Source: a virus
Lineage: Duplodnaviria > Caudoviricetes
DNA length: 64,000 bases
Direction: 5' to 3' (one strand)
Virus record (IMG/VR): IMGVR_UViG_3300016371_000007
Span: 1-64,000 of that record
A program made the position numbers and the translations under genes. The notes beneath the pieces were generated by a model, which was not told the DNA's origin, ran no database searches, and was given only the letters and a program-made list of their open reading frames with translations. Positions 9,482-17,986 of the stretch are shown here, piece by piece; the stretch's first letter is position 1, and each line of letters begins with the position of its first letter.

Positions 9482-11367
9482 TTATCGTCAGCGATGTGAT
9501 CGATCAGGTAGGCCGGGTCCTGGGGACCTGCGACCCAACCTACACTTACGATGTCCTGACCAGGGCCGTCGAGTTGCTCGCCAACAAACCCACGAAAACG
9601 GGCGTGTGCTGGGATCCCCTCATGGTCTACGTCGATCTGCCGATAGTGAACGGCTACTACATCGCTCTGCCGCCGCACATTGAGAAGCCAATCAAGATCA
9701 ACCTCAACAAGCAGCCGAGCTTTACCCGCAACCAATTTTACGAGTTCAGCCTAAACGGCCCAGGCTCCAACGATCCTGAGGCTGGCTGGTCCTGGCAAGA
9801 TCGGGGCTGGAAGGCCTTACAGAAACCCTGGCCGCCGGGAGGCGCTCCACTTCTGATCACTTCAGATAACCCCAGTGACGATGAGGTCCAGATCCTGGTC
9901 AATGCCGTCAACCAGGACCAGAGCACCAGCTGGATCACCGCCTTTGTCGGGGATGTCTATCCCACAGAAAGTCAGGCCCCCGTGTGGATCTACGGGATCC
10001 TGGAGGTTTCCAAACCAACTACCCTGGGGACCTTGAGCGTCTATTCCTCCAATGCACCTACGCCAGATGCTTTGGTGGCCACCTGGGCATCAGATGTCCA
10101 CTACCCTCAATTCGAATGGATCAAGCTCTCCCAGAACGGAGTCGCGGCCAAGATCCTGGCCCGCCGCCGGACCCACAAATTAACCCAGCCCACAGATGTC
10201 ATCCCGCTCTCGAACAGACAAGCCATCATCACGGCCTGCATCGCGATCAAAGCCTTCGACACCCTTAACTGGGACGACGGAGCCACCGCAGAACAGAACG
10301 CCCTCCGATTCCTCGAAGAGGATCAAGCCGCCCGCAACCTCTTCCAACGCATTTCACAGGCTGCCGAAACCTCTCCGACCCTTAATCTCACGATCAATAC
10401 CCGAGATGCCATCATAGTGGCCGACATCTATGACGCGGCTTGCGATATCTTCGGCCCCATCGGTCAGCCCAAGATCTTCGATAGGATCACCGAGGCTATC
10501 GAGCTTGGGAATAACCTCTCCCAGTGGGACCCGTTAATCGGCTACGTGGACATCACTACCTGGGACAGCTTCTACGTAACTCTTCCCTATTATGTGGATC
10601 AGGTTTTGGCGATAAATGTCAACAAGACCACCGGCCTCTACCATGACCAATGGTACGAATTCAACATGAATGGCTTCGGCCAGGACAATGACAACGCTGA
10701 CGTTGTCGGCTCGAATAGATTGTGCGGAGGCTGGGAAGAGGTAGGTGAGATGCCATGCGCCTTCCCGCTGGCAGGCCCCTACTATCTGGTCGCCGCCCCG
10801 GTCGATGCCGGAGACAACGGGATCCAGATCCGGGCTTGGGGAATCGATGTGAACGATCTCCCGGTGTACGGCAGCGATGGTAATCCCGGCGCACCAATAA
10901 CTTGTGAACAGAACTCCTTCGATATTTCGGGCCAACCGGGAGCGCCCTGGAAGGTCATCGAACGGATCCTGATCCAGGGGACAGCCCAGGGATTTATCCA
11001 GCTCTATGCCACGGACGGCACCCAGTACCTCCAAAACTTGGGGATCTTCTGGCCCGGTGTGTGCGAGCCTCGGTTCCGCATCATCAAGATCGGACAGAAA
11101 GCTGTCACTGTCCGGCTACGCTACCGCAAACGCTGGCTGAAGATTACCGGCCTCACTGACCCCATCCACTTGCGGAGCCGGAGCGCAATGCTCAACCTAA
11201 TGCGAGCCATCCAGACTGGCATGAGTGACCCGGCTGGAGCCAACGCCCTGCAAATGGCAGCCAAACAGCTACTCAACCAGGAGTGGCGCTCAGTCCATCC
11301 TCACGCTGAGCTGGGATTGCAGGTCGATTCTTCTATCTGGGGCTCAAGCTTTATCTACATGCCGTGA
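9478..11367 (+). CDS. probable head-tail adaptor (tail tubular A-like) with internally duplicated domain
   Basis: Two homologous halves beginning IIVSDVIDQ...WDPLMVYVDL...QFYEFSLNG and IIVADIYDA...WDPLIGYVDI...QWYEFNMNG; position after the MCP. Confidence 0.55.
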   Translation: MIIVSDVIDQVGRVLGTCDPTYTYDVLTRAVELLANKPTKTGVCWDPLMVYVDLPIVNGYYIALPPHIEKPIKINLNKQPSFTRNQFYEFSLNGPGSNDPEAGWSWQDRGWKALQKPWPPGGAPLLITSDNPSDDEVQILVNAVNQDQSTSWITAFVGDVYPTESQAPVWIYGILEVSKPTTLGTLSVYSSNAPTPDALVATWASDVHYPQFEWIKLSQNGVAAKILARRRTHKLTQPTDVIPLSNRQAIITACIAIKAFDTLNWDDGATAEQNALRFLEEDQAARNLFQRISQAAETSPTLNLTINTRDAIIVADIYDAACDIFGPIGQPKIFDRITEAIELGNNLSQWDPLIGYVDITTWDSFYVTLPYYVDQVLAINVNKTTGLYHDQWYEFNMNGFGQDNDNADVVGSNRLCGGWEEVGEMPCAFPLAGPYYLVAAPVDAGDNGIQIRAWGIDVNDLPVYGSDGNPGAPITCEQNSFDISGQPGAPWKVIERILIQGTAQGFIQLYATDGTQYLQNLGIFWPGVCEPRFRIIKIGQKAVTVRLRYRKRWLKITGLTDPIHLRSRSAMLNLMRAIQTGMSDPAGANALQMAAKQLLNQEWRSVHPHAELGLQVDSSIWGSSFIYMP

Positions 11368-11371
11368 TTCC

Positions 11372-13228
11372 ATGGGAGCACAGAACCTACAGATCATTAT
11401 GGATGGCCAGTGGTCTGGCGGTGTCGATAGCTTTCTCTATCCAACTGACATAGTCCAAGGCTCCTACGCCTGGGGTGTCAATGTCGTTAACCGTGGCGGC
11501 GTAGTTCAAACCCGGCCCGGAAAACGCCGAGTCAAAAGCTTCTGTGGCCACCGTGGCCAGGGCGTCTATTGGGTTAGAACCCTGGATGACCGCAACTATC
11601 TGATGGTGGCCATCGATGGACAGGTCTATACCGCACCTTTCCCGTTTAAGAACTGGACGCACCTCAGTGGAGTCAACTTCCGGCCTGATGCCGAGCGGAT
11701 CTATTTCTGTAATACCGAACAGGCGATCACCTACAACACCGACAACACCATCGCTCTGTTGCCCTACCCAAAGAACATAGTCTTTATGCAGGACGGCACC
11801 TCCACGCCCTGCTATTGGGACCTGGGCTCTGGAATACAGCCAGCCAGTACTGATTTCAGTTCCGGTATCGTCAATGACAACTATGTGACTGGCACGCCAA
11901 GAGCCCCGCTGATGATTGGCACGGCCATGATCTGGAAGGATAATCGGCTTTGGATCGCCGTGGACAATATAGTCTATGCCAGCGACCTGCTTTATGCCGC
12001 TTCCTTCCAGGAGAATACCTACCTAGCCGAGCAGACTGGCTTCCGCTTTCCCCGAACTGTCATCAACTTCTGGCCCATGCCGGTCATGGGCCTCATGGTC
12101 CTGACTGAGTCCAGCATGCACGCCCTGCAAAGCTATATCCAGGACCGGACTACTTGGCAGCAGCAGACGAGCCCCCCCTTCCAGTCCGATATCAACCTGG
12201 AGATCGGGCTGATCGCACCCTGGGGCATCGTCAATCTGCATGGAATGCCTTGGCTCTTAACCGCAAGAGGAATCATCTCGTTTGACCGGGCAATGACTAC
12301 CAATCTGACCACGGTCATCCTCACCGCAGACGGCGAGATGATGCGCTCTAAGACCCTGCTGGCACCCAACGTTAGCCGCGCCTGCCTGGGAGTTTGGGAG
12401 AACGTTCTCATGTGCGGCATGCCGAATACCTGCACCAAGAACAGGCACACCTGGATCATGGACGCAGGGATCGCGGAAAAATTGAACAACACCCAAGGCA
12501 TGTGCTGGACCGGCGTCTGGACCGGCACGTTCCCGATCCAATTTGCCAGCCCAATTGTTAACGGGACCCAATACAACTATGAGCTTTCTTACTCTGGCGG
12601 CTTTCTGGCCGTTAACCAGGGGGATAGCCCCTCGCCCCAGCCTGAGACTAATATGCCGTCCCAGGCGTACATCCATCTCTGGGAGAATTTCATACCCAAC
12701 CAGATCGATGCTTGTGAGACCTCCATTAATTGCTCCGTCGAGACCAAGATCTTCACACTGACGACAGACGACTACTACAGGTTTGTCTTCGCTGAGTTCA
12801 TGTTAATCAACCTGAAGGGGACGGTGCCGGTACAGGTTTATGTGACTGGGATCGCTGGAAATTATCAGCCCCTCTTCTCAACCACGCTGCGGGCCGATGT
12901 CGGCCCCTGGGGCAACCCTAGCGGCACTTCCCTCCTTTACTATGTGAGCGCTGGACGCACTACCCAGTTCGAGAACTATCGGCGGCAGGTTAGGCACATG
13001 AGGACCCAGGAGTTTATCGTCCACGAAAGTGCGGACGAAGCAGCCTGCCTGGAGATTGGACGGCAGGACGGTATTGATAAGGGCTTTCAGCTGATGATTC
13101 AATGGCAGGGCCGCTTGGGGCTGCGGGCGCTGAAGTTCTTCTATGATCGGCAATTGCAATCGCCCCAGGGCCTCTGCCCCGTCGATGAGAGCCAGACCCC
13201 ACATATCGTTTTGGAGGCCACAGCATGA
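11372..13228 (+). CDS. probable tail nozzle / tubular protein B (P22 gp10 / T7 gp12-like)
   Basis: About 618 aa from ATG 11372; N-terminal W.GGVD...NVVNRGGVVQTRPG motif and beta-propeller-like composition; follows the adaptor. Confidence 0.6.
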   Translation: MGAQNLQIIMDGQWSGGVDSFLYPTDIVQGSYAWGVNVVNRGGVVQTRPGKRRVKSFCGHRGQGVYWVRTLDDRNYLMVAIDGQVYTAPFPFKNWTHLSGVNFRPDAERIYFCNTEQAITYNTDNTIALLPYPKNIVFMQDGTSTPCYWDLGSGIQPASTDFSSGIVNDNYVTGTPRAPLMIGTAMIWKDNRLWIAVDNIVYASDLLYAASFQENTYLAEQTGFRFPRTVINFWPMPVMGLMVLTESSMHALQSYIQDRTTWQQQTSPPFQSDINLEIGLIAPWGIVNLHGMPWLLTARGIISFDRAMTTNLTTVILTADGEMMRSKTLLAPNVSRACLGVWENVLMCGMPNTCTKNRHTWIMDAGIAEKLNNTQGMCWTGVWTGTFPIQFASPIVNGTQYNYELSYSGGFLAVNQGDSPSPQPETNMPSQAYIHLWENFIPNQIDACETSINCSVETKIFTLTTDDYYRFVFAEFMLINLKGTVPVQVYVTGIAGNYQPLFSTTLRADVGPWGNPSGTSLLYYVSAGRTTQFENYRRQVRHMRTQEFIVHESADEAACLEIGRQDGIDKGFQLMIQWQGRLGLRALKFFYDRQLQSPQGLCPVDESQTPHIVLEATA

Positions 13229-13434
13229 GACCAAGCCAGCACCAGGGAATCTTTGACCCAACCACTGACACCCTGACTGTCGTGGGCCTGATCCCGCAGA
13301 CCGGCATGCCGCCGATCTATTTCAGCCGGAGCCGGGAAGTTCTCTATGATGCGCTCCAGAATGAGAAAACCTTCATCTTCAATAAATTCGGGCCACAGCG
13401 CTTAGATCTCTGCCGCCCTAACATGCACTGGTAA
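13225..13434 (+). CDS. small hypothetical protein
   Basis: 69 aa; ATGA-coupled to the nozzle gene. Confidence 0.5.
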   Translation: MRPSQHQGIFDPTTDTLTVVGLIPQTGMPPIYFSRSREVLYDALQNEKTFIFNKFGPQRLDLCRPNMHW

Positions 13435-13437
13435 TCT

Positions 13438-14727
13438 ATGGCCGCCGCGACTACTCAGCTACCGCTCTCGATCTCCATCGCCCCGTTCCCCGAAGGTTTC
13501 CATGGGGACATGGACGAAACATTTCAACAAGCGTGTTTGCTGATGGAGGCCTATATCGAGGGCAGCTTCCTCACCGGCTTGGTACTGCCTCCGGGATCAA
13601 CCCTTCCTACCAATGACCAGGGTCCCATAGCTATGGGCGGCGTCTGGTACTTCTGGGATCCCGGCAGCCAGAGCTACCAGCCCCAGACCGTGCCGGTCAA
13701 GATGGCGAAGAACTACGCCAAGAATCCCAGCTATCAGGTTCAGCAAACTATAGGTCCCTTTACCCTGGGTGTCGGAGTTACCAACACCTTCGACATGACG
13801 GTCGCCAGGGCGACCCAGGCAAACCTAGTTCAGGTTAAACCTGTCGCCGGGCCACCCTCTACTCCTGACAACGATACCATCTGGCAGGCTGTCCAATCCA
13901 CGGTGCTGACCGCATACGCGACTTTGGCGGCAGGCGATATCTTTGGGCACGAGCACATATTCGAGGGGATCGATATCCTCCCACTGCAAGGCCAGACCTT
14001 GAGCTTGGGCCTCTCGGTCTATGCCAGTGCGTCCGGCACTTACTCTGTCTATCTGATTAATAGCGGGGGCGATCAATCCTACGTACAAAACTTCACTGTG
14101 CCTACGCCGAACGTATGGCAACGGGTAAAGATCCAGGGGATCCCGGCCTTCCCTACCACCGGCACTTGGCAGTGGGGAGAGGGGCAGACCGGTCTCCGAG
14201 TCGGCGTTGCCCTGGCTGTCGGTACCCAGTGGCAGACGACTAAACCCGGCACTTGGCAACCGGCCCAGGCTTTCGGCACCAGCAGCAATATCAATATGCT
14301 GGCAGTCGGCGCTCAGTTCATATCTATCACCGGCATCAAGTTAGAAGTTGGCGCGGCCTGCACTCCCATTACGGTCAATTCTTTTGCTGCCGATTACCAG
14401 GACTGCATCCGCTACTACTGGTCCGGGTTCGTCTATCAGACCCTGAACTCAGTGGGCGCAGCATTGAACGCCACGGCCTACATTGCTAATACCGCACTCT
14501 TTGAATTCGCTTTCCCGATTCGCCTGTGCCGGACACCGACCATTACCCCTTACGCTTGGCAAGGATTCACCTCTGGTCAGATAACCAATATTAGCACCGG
14601 CACCAATTACGCCGTCACTGGTTTCGGCGGTTCACAAAAAGGTGTCAACTGTAATCCCACTGGGCTAACTGCCGCCAAGGGCGATGTCCTCACCTGTATT
14701 ATCGTTGCCGATGCCCGCCTTAAGTAA
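13438..14727 (+). CDS. tail-associated protein with carbohydrate-binding-like tip domain
   Basis: NP.Y/F.V.Q ... KLEVG..CTP ... DCIRYY domain homologous to the C-termini of 42437-45169 and 45226-46290. Confidence 0.6.
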   Translation: MAAATTQLPLSISIAPFPEGFHGDMDETFQQACLLMEAYIEGSFLTGLVLPPGSTLPTNDQGPIAMGGVWYFWDPGSQSYQPQTVPVKMAKNYAKNPSYQVQQTIGPFTLGVGVTNTFDMTVARATQANLVQVKPVAGPPSTPDNDTIWQAVQSTVLTAYATLAAGDIFGHEHIFEGIDILPLQGQTLSLGLSVYASASGTYSVYLINSGGDQSYVQNFTVPTPNVWQRVKIQGIPAFPTTGTWQWGEGQTGLRVGVALAVGTQWQTTKPGTWQPAQAFGTSSNINMLAVGAQFISITGIKLEVGAACTPITVNSFAADYQDCIRYYWSGFVYQTLNSVGAALNATAYIANTALFEFAFPIRLCRTPTITPYAWQGFTSGQITNISTGTNYAVTGFGGSQKGVNCNPTGLTAAKGDVLTCIIVADARLK

Positions 14728-15121
14728 ACATCCCGATAAGTCTGCCATCTCAGTCATCTGCTGTGAGAGTGAGAAGGACCTACGTCGCTACCCTATCGAT
14801 GAGCTGGCCCAGGACATCATTGGCGAGGATGTACCTCGCACCTTCCCGGTGTACCTCTTCTTCTACAACGGCACGCTTCGCGGCTGGGCTAATGTGAGGC
14901 TCCAGCACATCGTCTATCCCTGTATCCATCCCGATAAGATCCCACCACGGGAGTTCGTGAAGCTGACTAGGTCATTGGTGACTGAATTCAAACGGCACAC
15001 CGGAGACCCGATCTTTATGTTGTGCGATTACGCTAGGCGGCTTGGTCCCAAACATATGCGCCGACTCCGGCTAAAGCCAGCCGAGGAGCAGGCCTATATC
15101 TACACCGAGGAGGAAGAATGA
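14711..15121 (+). CDS. small protein preceding the ejection genes; possible GNAT-like fold
   Basis: About 136 aa; occupies the position where podoviruses often carry an acetyltransferase-like gene; motif support is weak. Confidence 0.35.
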   Translation: MPALSKHPDKSAISVICCESEKDLRRYPIDELAQDIIGEDVPRTFPVYLFFYNGTLRGWANVRLQHIVYPCIHPDKIPPREFVKLTRSLVTEFKRHTGDPIFMLCDYARRLGPKHMRRLRLKPAEEQAYIYTEEEE

Positions 15122-16731
15122 GATTTCCCCCCGAAGAGCATGATTGGTTAGATAATAACTTCTTCTTTGGCGGGGGTGGCGGCGGTGGTTCCACTCAGTT
15201 CCACGCCCAGGGTTCACCTCCTAGCTTCCAGTATCTGTCGCCATCAGCACTCAATCAGATGGCCGTAGGCGCTGATGCACAGAGCTATGCCATGAGCGAT
15301 CAGGCTTTCGCCAACCAATACCCCGCGCTCCAGCAGGCCTACAACCAGTACCAATCCAACTTGGGCAAGCAGGTAGGCCTTGTCGGCCAGGGCCAAGCCG
15401 GGCAAAGCCAGCTCATGGGTGGCCTCGCCAACACCATCGCTGGGCGCATGCAGACACCCACCACACAGAACATCCAGAACATGCAGAATGCCGCCGCTAC
15501 GATGGGGTCGGCGGTTAATCCGATCTACGGGATGGGTGCGCAACAAGCATCCTATGCCCAGCCCATCACTAATCTCGGCATGAGCCAAGCCGGACTCGCT
15601 CAGCCATTGGTTGGCATGGGGATGAATGTCGCCGGACAGATGGGCGGGATTGGGAACCAGATCAATCAGCAGGCCGGAAACCTGTATGGCGCGGCCCAGA
15701 TCCCCTACCAGCTGGGGCAGCAACTCCTTCAAGAACCCATCGACCCCCAAACCCAACAGCAGATGATGCACGCGGGCCTGGGCCAAGCTGCCGGGGCATT
15801 AGGCGCTGCATCCCTGGGGCAGGGCATGGCGGGCCAGTCCGCTGCCGCGAGACAACTTGGCCTCAATACCCTCCAATATGGCCAAGCGATGAGAGGCGAG
15901 GCCATGGGTGACATCGGCCAGTACTCATCCATGCTGGGTGCAGCGGGCCAGATGCAAGGCTTAGGGGCTGGCATCATCGGTCAAGGCGGCCAGATCGGAG
16001 GTCAACTGATGGGCCTGGGCGGCCAGCAACTAGCCCAGGGAGCACAGACCATGGGACTTGGCAGCCAGCAGCTGGGTCAAGCAGCCCAGACTTACGGCCT
16101 GGGAGCCAATGTAGCCGGGGCAGCCGGAGGCATGTATGGACAGGCACAGCAAGCCCAGGAAACCTACGGCATGGACACGGCCCAGATGGCTTCTATCTAC
16201 GGCGGCATGCAGAACCAGCAGGCCACCAATCTTTTGGGCAACATCGCCAATGCTGGGCAGATGTTCGCTAAAAGGCCCTATGGCCTGGGCGGCACCAACA
16301 TGGCCCAGGTCGATCTCTCGCAAGCCGGTGCCTACAACAGTTTTCAACAAGCCAATTACGCCACGATGAATGGGATTGCATTTAATCAAGCCCAATTGAA
16401 TGCACAACAGCAGCAGTTGCAGGCCCAGCAAAACGCTTCCATGACCGGCGCTCTACTCTCTACCGGCACAACCGCTGCCACTACCGCCGCCATGGTCTCG
16501 GCCATGGCCTGCTGGGTCGCACGCGCTGTCTATGGCACCAGGGATAATCGCTGGAAGACTTTCAGGCATTGGCTCCTGCACAAGGCACCTAGTTCCGTCC
16601 GGTCAGCATACTTGCGTCACGGCCAGTCCGTCGCTTCGATGGTGAGGCGCAGCTCTCTGCTGCGCTTCTGCCTGCGTCTAGCTATGGACTCAATCATTAA
16701 GAGGACTGTCTATGTACAATGCGGAGCGTGA
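15118..16731 (+). CDS. DNA-ejection/pilot-like protein with C-terminal CWVAR..YG domain
   Basis: Leader followed by G7; long G/Q/A/M amphipathic repeats; C-terminal CWVARAVYG...WKTFRHWL...AP...Y..HG domain resembling CFI-box-CTERM. Confidence 0.6.
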   Translation: MRFPPEEHDWLDNNFFFGGGGGGGSTQFHAQGSPPSFQYLSPSALNQMAVGADAQSYAMSDQAFANQYPALQQAYNQYQSNLGKQVGLVGQGQAGQSQLMGGLANTIAGRMQTPTTQNIQNMQNAAATMGSAVNPIYGMGAQQASYAQPITNLGMSQAGLAQPLVGMGMNVAGQMGGIGNQINQQAGNLYGAAQIPYQLGQQLLQEPIDPQTQQQMMHAGLGQAAGALGAASLGQGMAGQSAAARQLGLNTLQYGQAMRGEAMGDIGQYSSMLGAAGQMQGLGAGIIGQGGQIGGQLMGLGGQQLAQGAQTMGLGSQQLGQAAQTYGLGANVAGAAGGMYGQAQQAQETYGMDTAQMASIYGGMQNQQATNLLGNIANAGQMFAKRPYGLGGTNMAQVDLSQAGAYNSFQQANYATMNGIAFNQAQLNAQQQQLQAQQNASMTGALLSTGTTAATTAAMVSAMACWVARAVYGTRDNRWKTFRHWLLHKAPSSVRSAYLRHGQSVASMVRRSSLLRFCLRLAMDSIIKRTVYVQCGA

Positions 16732-17986
16732 GCTAGTCCGAGCAGCGGCAGCCGAGTCACTAAACAAGCTCACCCGAGCCGAGCTATTACGGCACTTCTT
16801 AATCTCCCGAGTCGGGGATATCACGGGGATGGACACCATCGGCGTCCCGATCTTTACTGCGATCAGGGCATTGTCCAAGACCATTGCGATCCACGCCGGG
16901 AAAGGCATGAATCCCAGACTGAGCCGAGCGGGAGCGATTGCGGAGGCTATCGAATTCGAGGCCGCTGAACATCCACATGGCAAAGCCGTCGTTGCCCAGG
17001 CGATCCAGATTCCAGCAGAAGAGCGCCTGGACATCATAGACTGTTTTCCAGCCCGCTCCAGCGTAGTGAGTGATTTCACGCCGTTGGCCTGGGAAGAAGC
17101 CACCAACATTCAGAATGGCTCAGTCAAGCTCATCCCTTCGGATCTCATCTGGATGGTCAACCGAATCGAGCAGCAGCCCTTGCTCTACTTGCAGACTGGA
17201 TCTAATGGCCTAGCCACCGGAGGCACCCTGGAAGACGCTATCCTCTCCGGCCTGTACGAGATTCTGGAACGCGATGCTTGGACCCTGCACCAGTTCTTGG
17301 TCGATAACTATGGCTACATTTCCCAGCGCATCCCGCTGGTATCACTGCCGGAACCAATCGAGGGGCTGGTGCGCAAGATCGAGGCTACGGGGTCGAGGCT
17401 GCATCTATTTGACTGCACCAATGACTACCGAATCCCGGTTATCAACGCGACGATCCTGGATCTGAGCGGCAATTGTGCCGGGATGTTTGCTGGTTATGGC
17501 TGCCATCTTAATGCCGAAGTCGCCGCTATCCGGGCGATCACCGAGGCAATCCAATCCCGAGCAGGCTATATCTCCGGGGCTAGGGATGACCTATTCCGGC
17601 GGCAGTTCTTGCTTATGAAACGCCTGGATCACGGGAAGCTGGATCAGATGTTCAGTGAGTTACCCGTAGGAGGGCTGTTATCTGAATACCGGACTGTACG
17701 CTTCGATACCATCAAAGCTGAGTTGCGCTATCTCTTACGCCTGATCAAAGCCGCCGGGGTCTCAGAGGTCTATGTGAGAGAGATCGGGGCCTACGTGGAT
17801 AACATCTATGTGGTCCGGGTATTCAGCCCTCAATGCGAGCCGTTCAGGTTCGACTTCTGGCAGCCGAGCTTGCGCTGCCTCTCCTATGCTAAGCGCAAGA
17901 TGGCCGAGCTGGCCAAGCAAGGTAAGGAGAAAGTCACTGAGCCGGAGGAAGAAGACGAGGAAGGAGAAGAATGGAAAAAGTCTTAG
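16712..17986 (+). CDS. ycaO: YcaO-family ATP-dependent peptide-backbone-activating enzyme (TfuA-associated, thioamide-forming type)
   Basis: ISRVGDITGMDTIGVP, HAGKG, AIAEAIE, SNGLATGGTLEDAILSGLYEILERDA, GYGCHL, AITEAIQSRAGYISGARDDL; no C-terminal PxP. Confidence 0.93.
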   Translation: MYNAERELVRAAAAESLNKLTRAELLRHFLISRVGDITGMDTIGVPIFTAIRALSKTIAIHAGKGMNPRLSRAGAIAEAIEFEAAEHPHGKAVVAQAIQIPAEERLDIIDCFPARSSVVSDFTPLAWEEATNIQNGSVKLIPSDLIWMVNRIEQQPLLYLQTGSNGLATGGTLEDAILSGLYEILERDAWTLHQFLVDNYGYISQRIPLVSLPEPIEGLVRKIEATGSRLHLFDCTNDYRIPVINATILDLSGNCAGMFAGYGCHLNAEVAAIRAITEAIQSRAGYISGARDDLFRRQFLLMKRLDHGKLDQMFSELPVGGLLSEYRTVRFDTIKAELRYLLRLIKAAGVSEVYVREIGAYVDNIYVVRVFSPQCEPFRFDFWQPSLRCLSYAKRKMAELAKQGKEKVTEPEEEDEEGEEWKKS

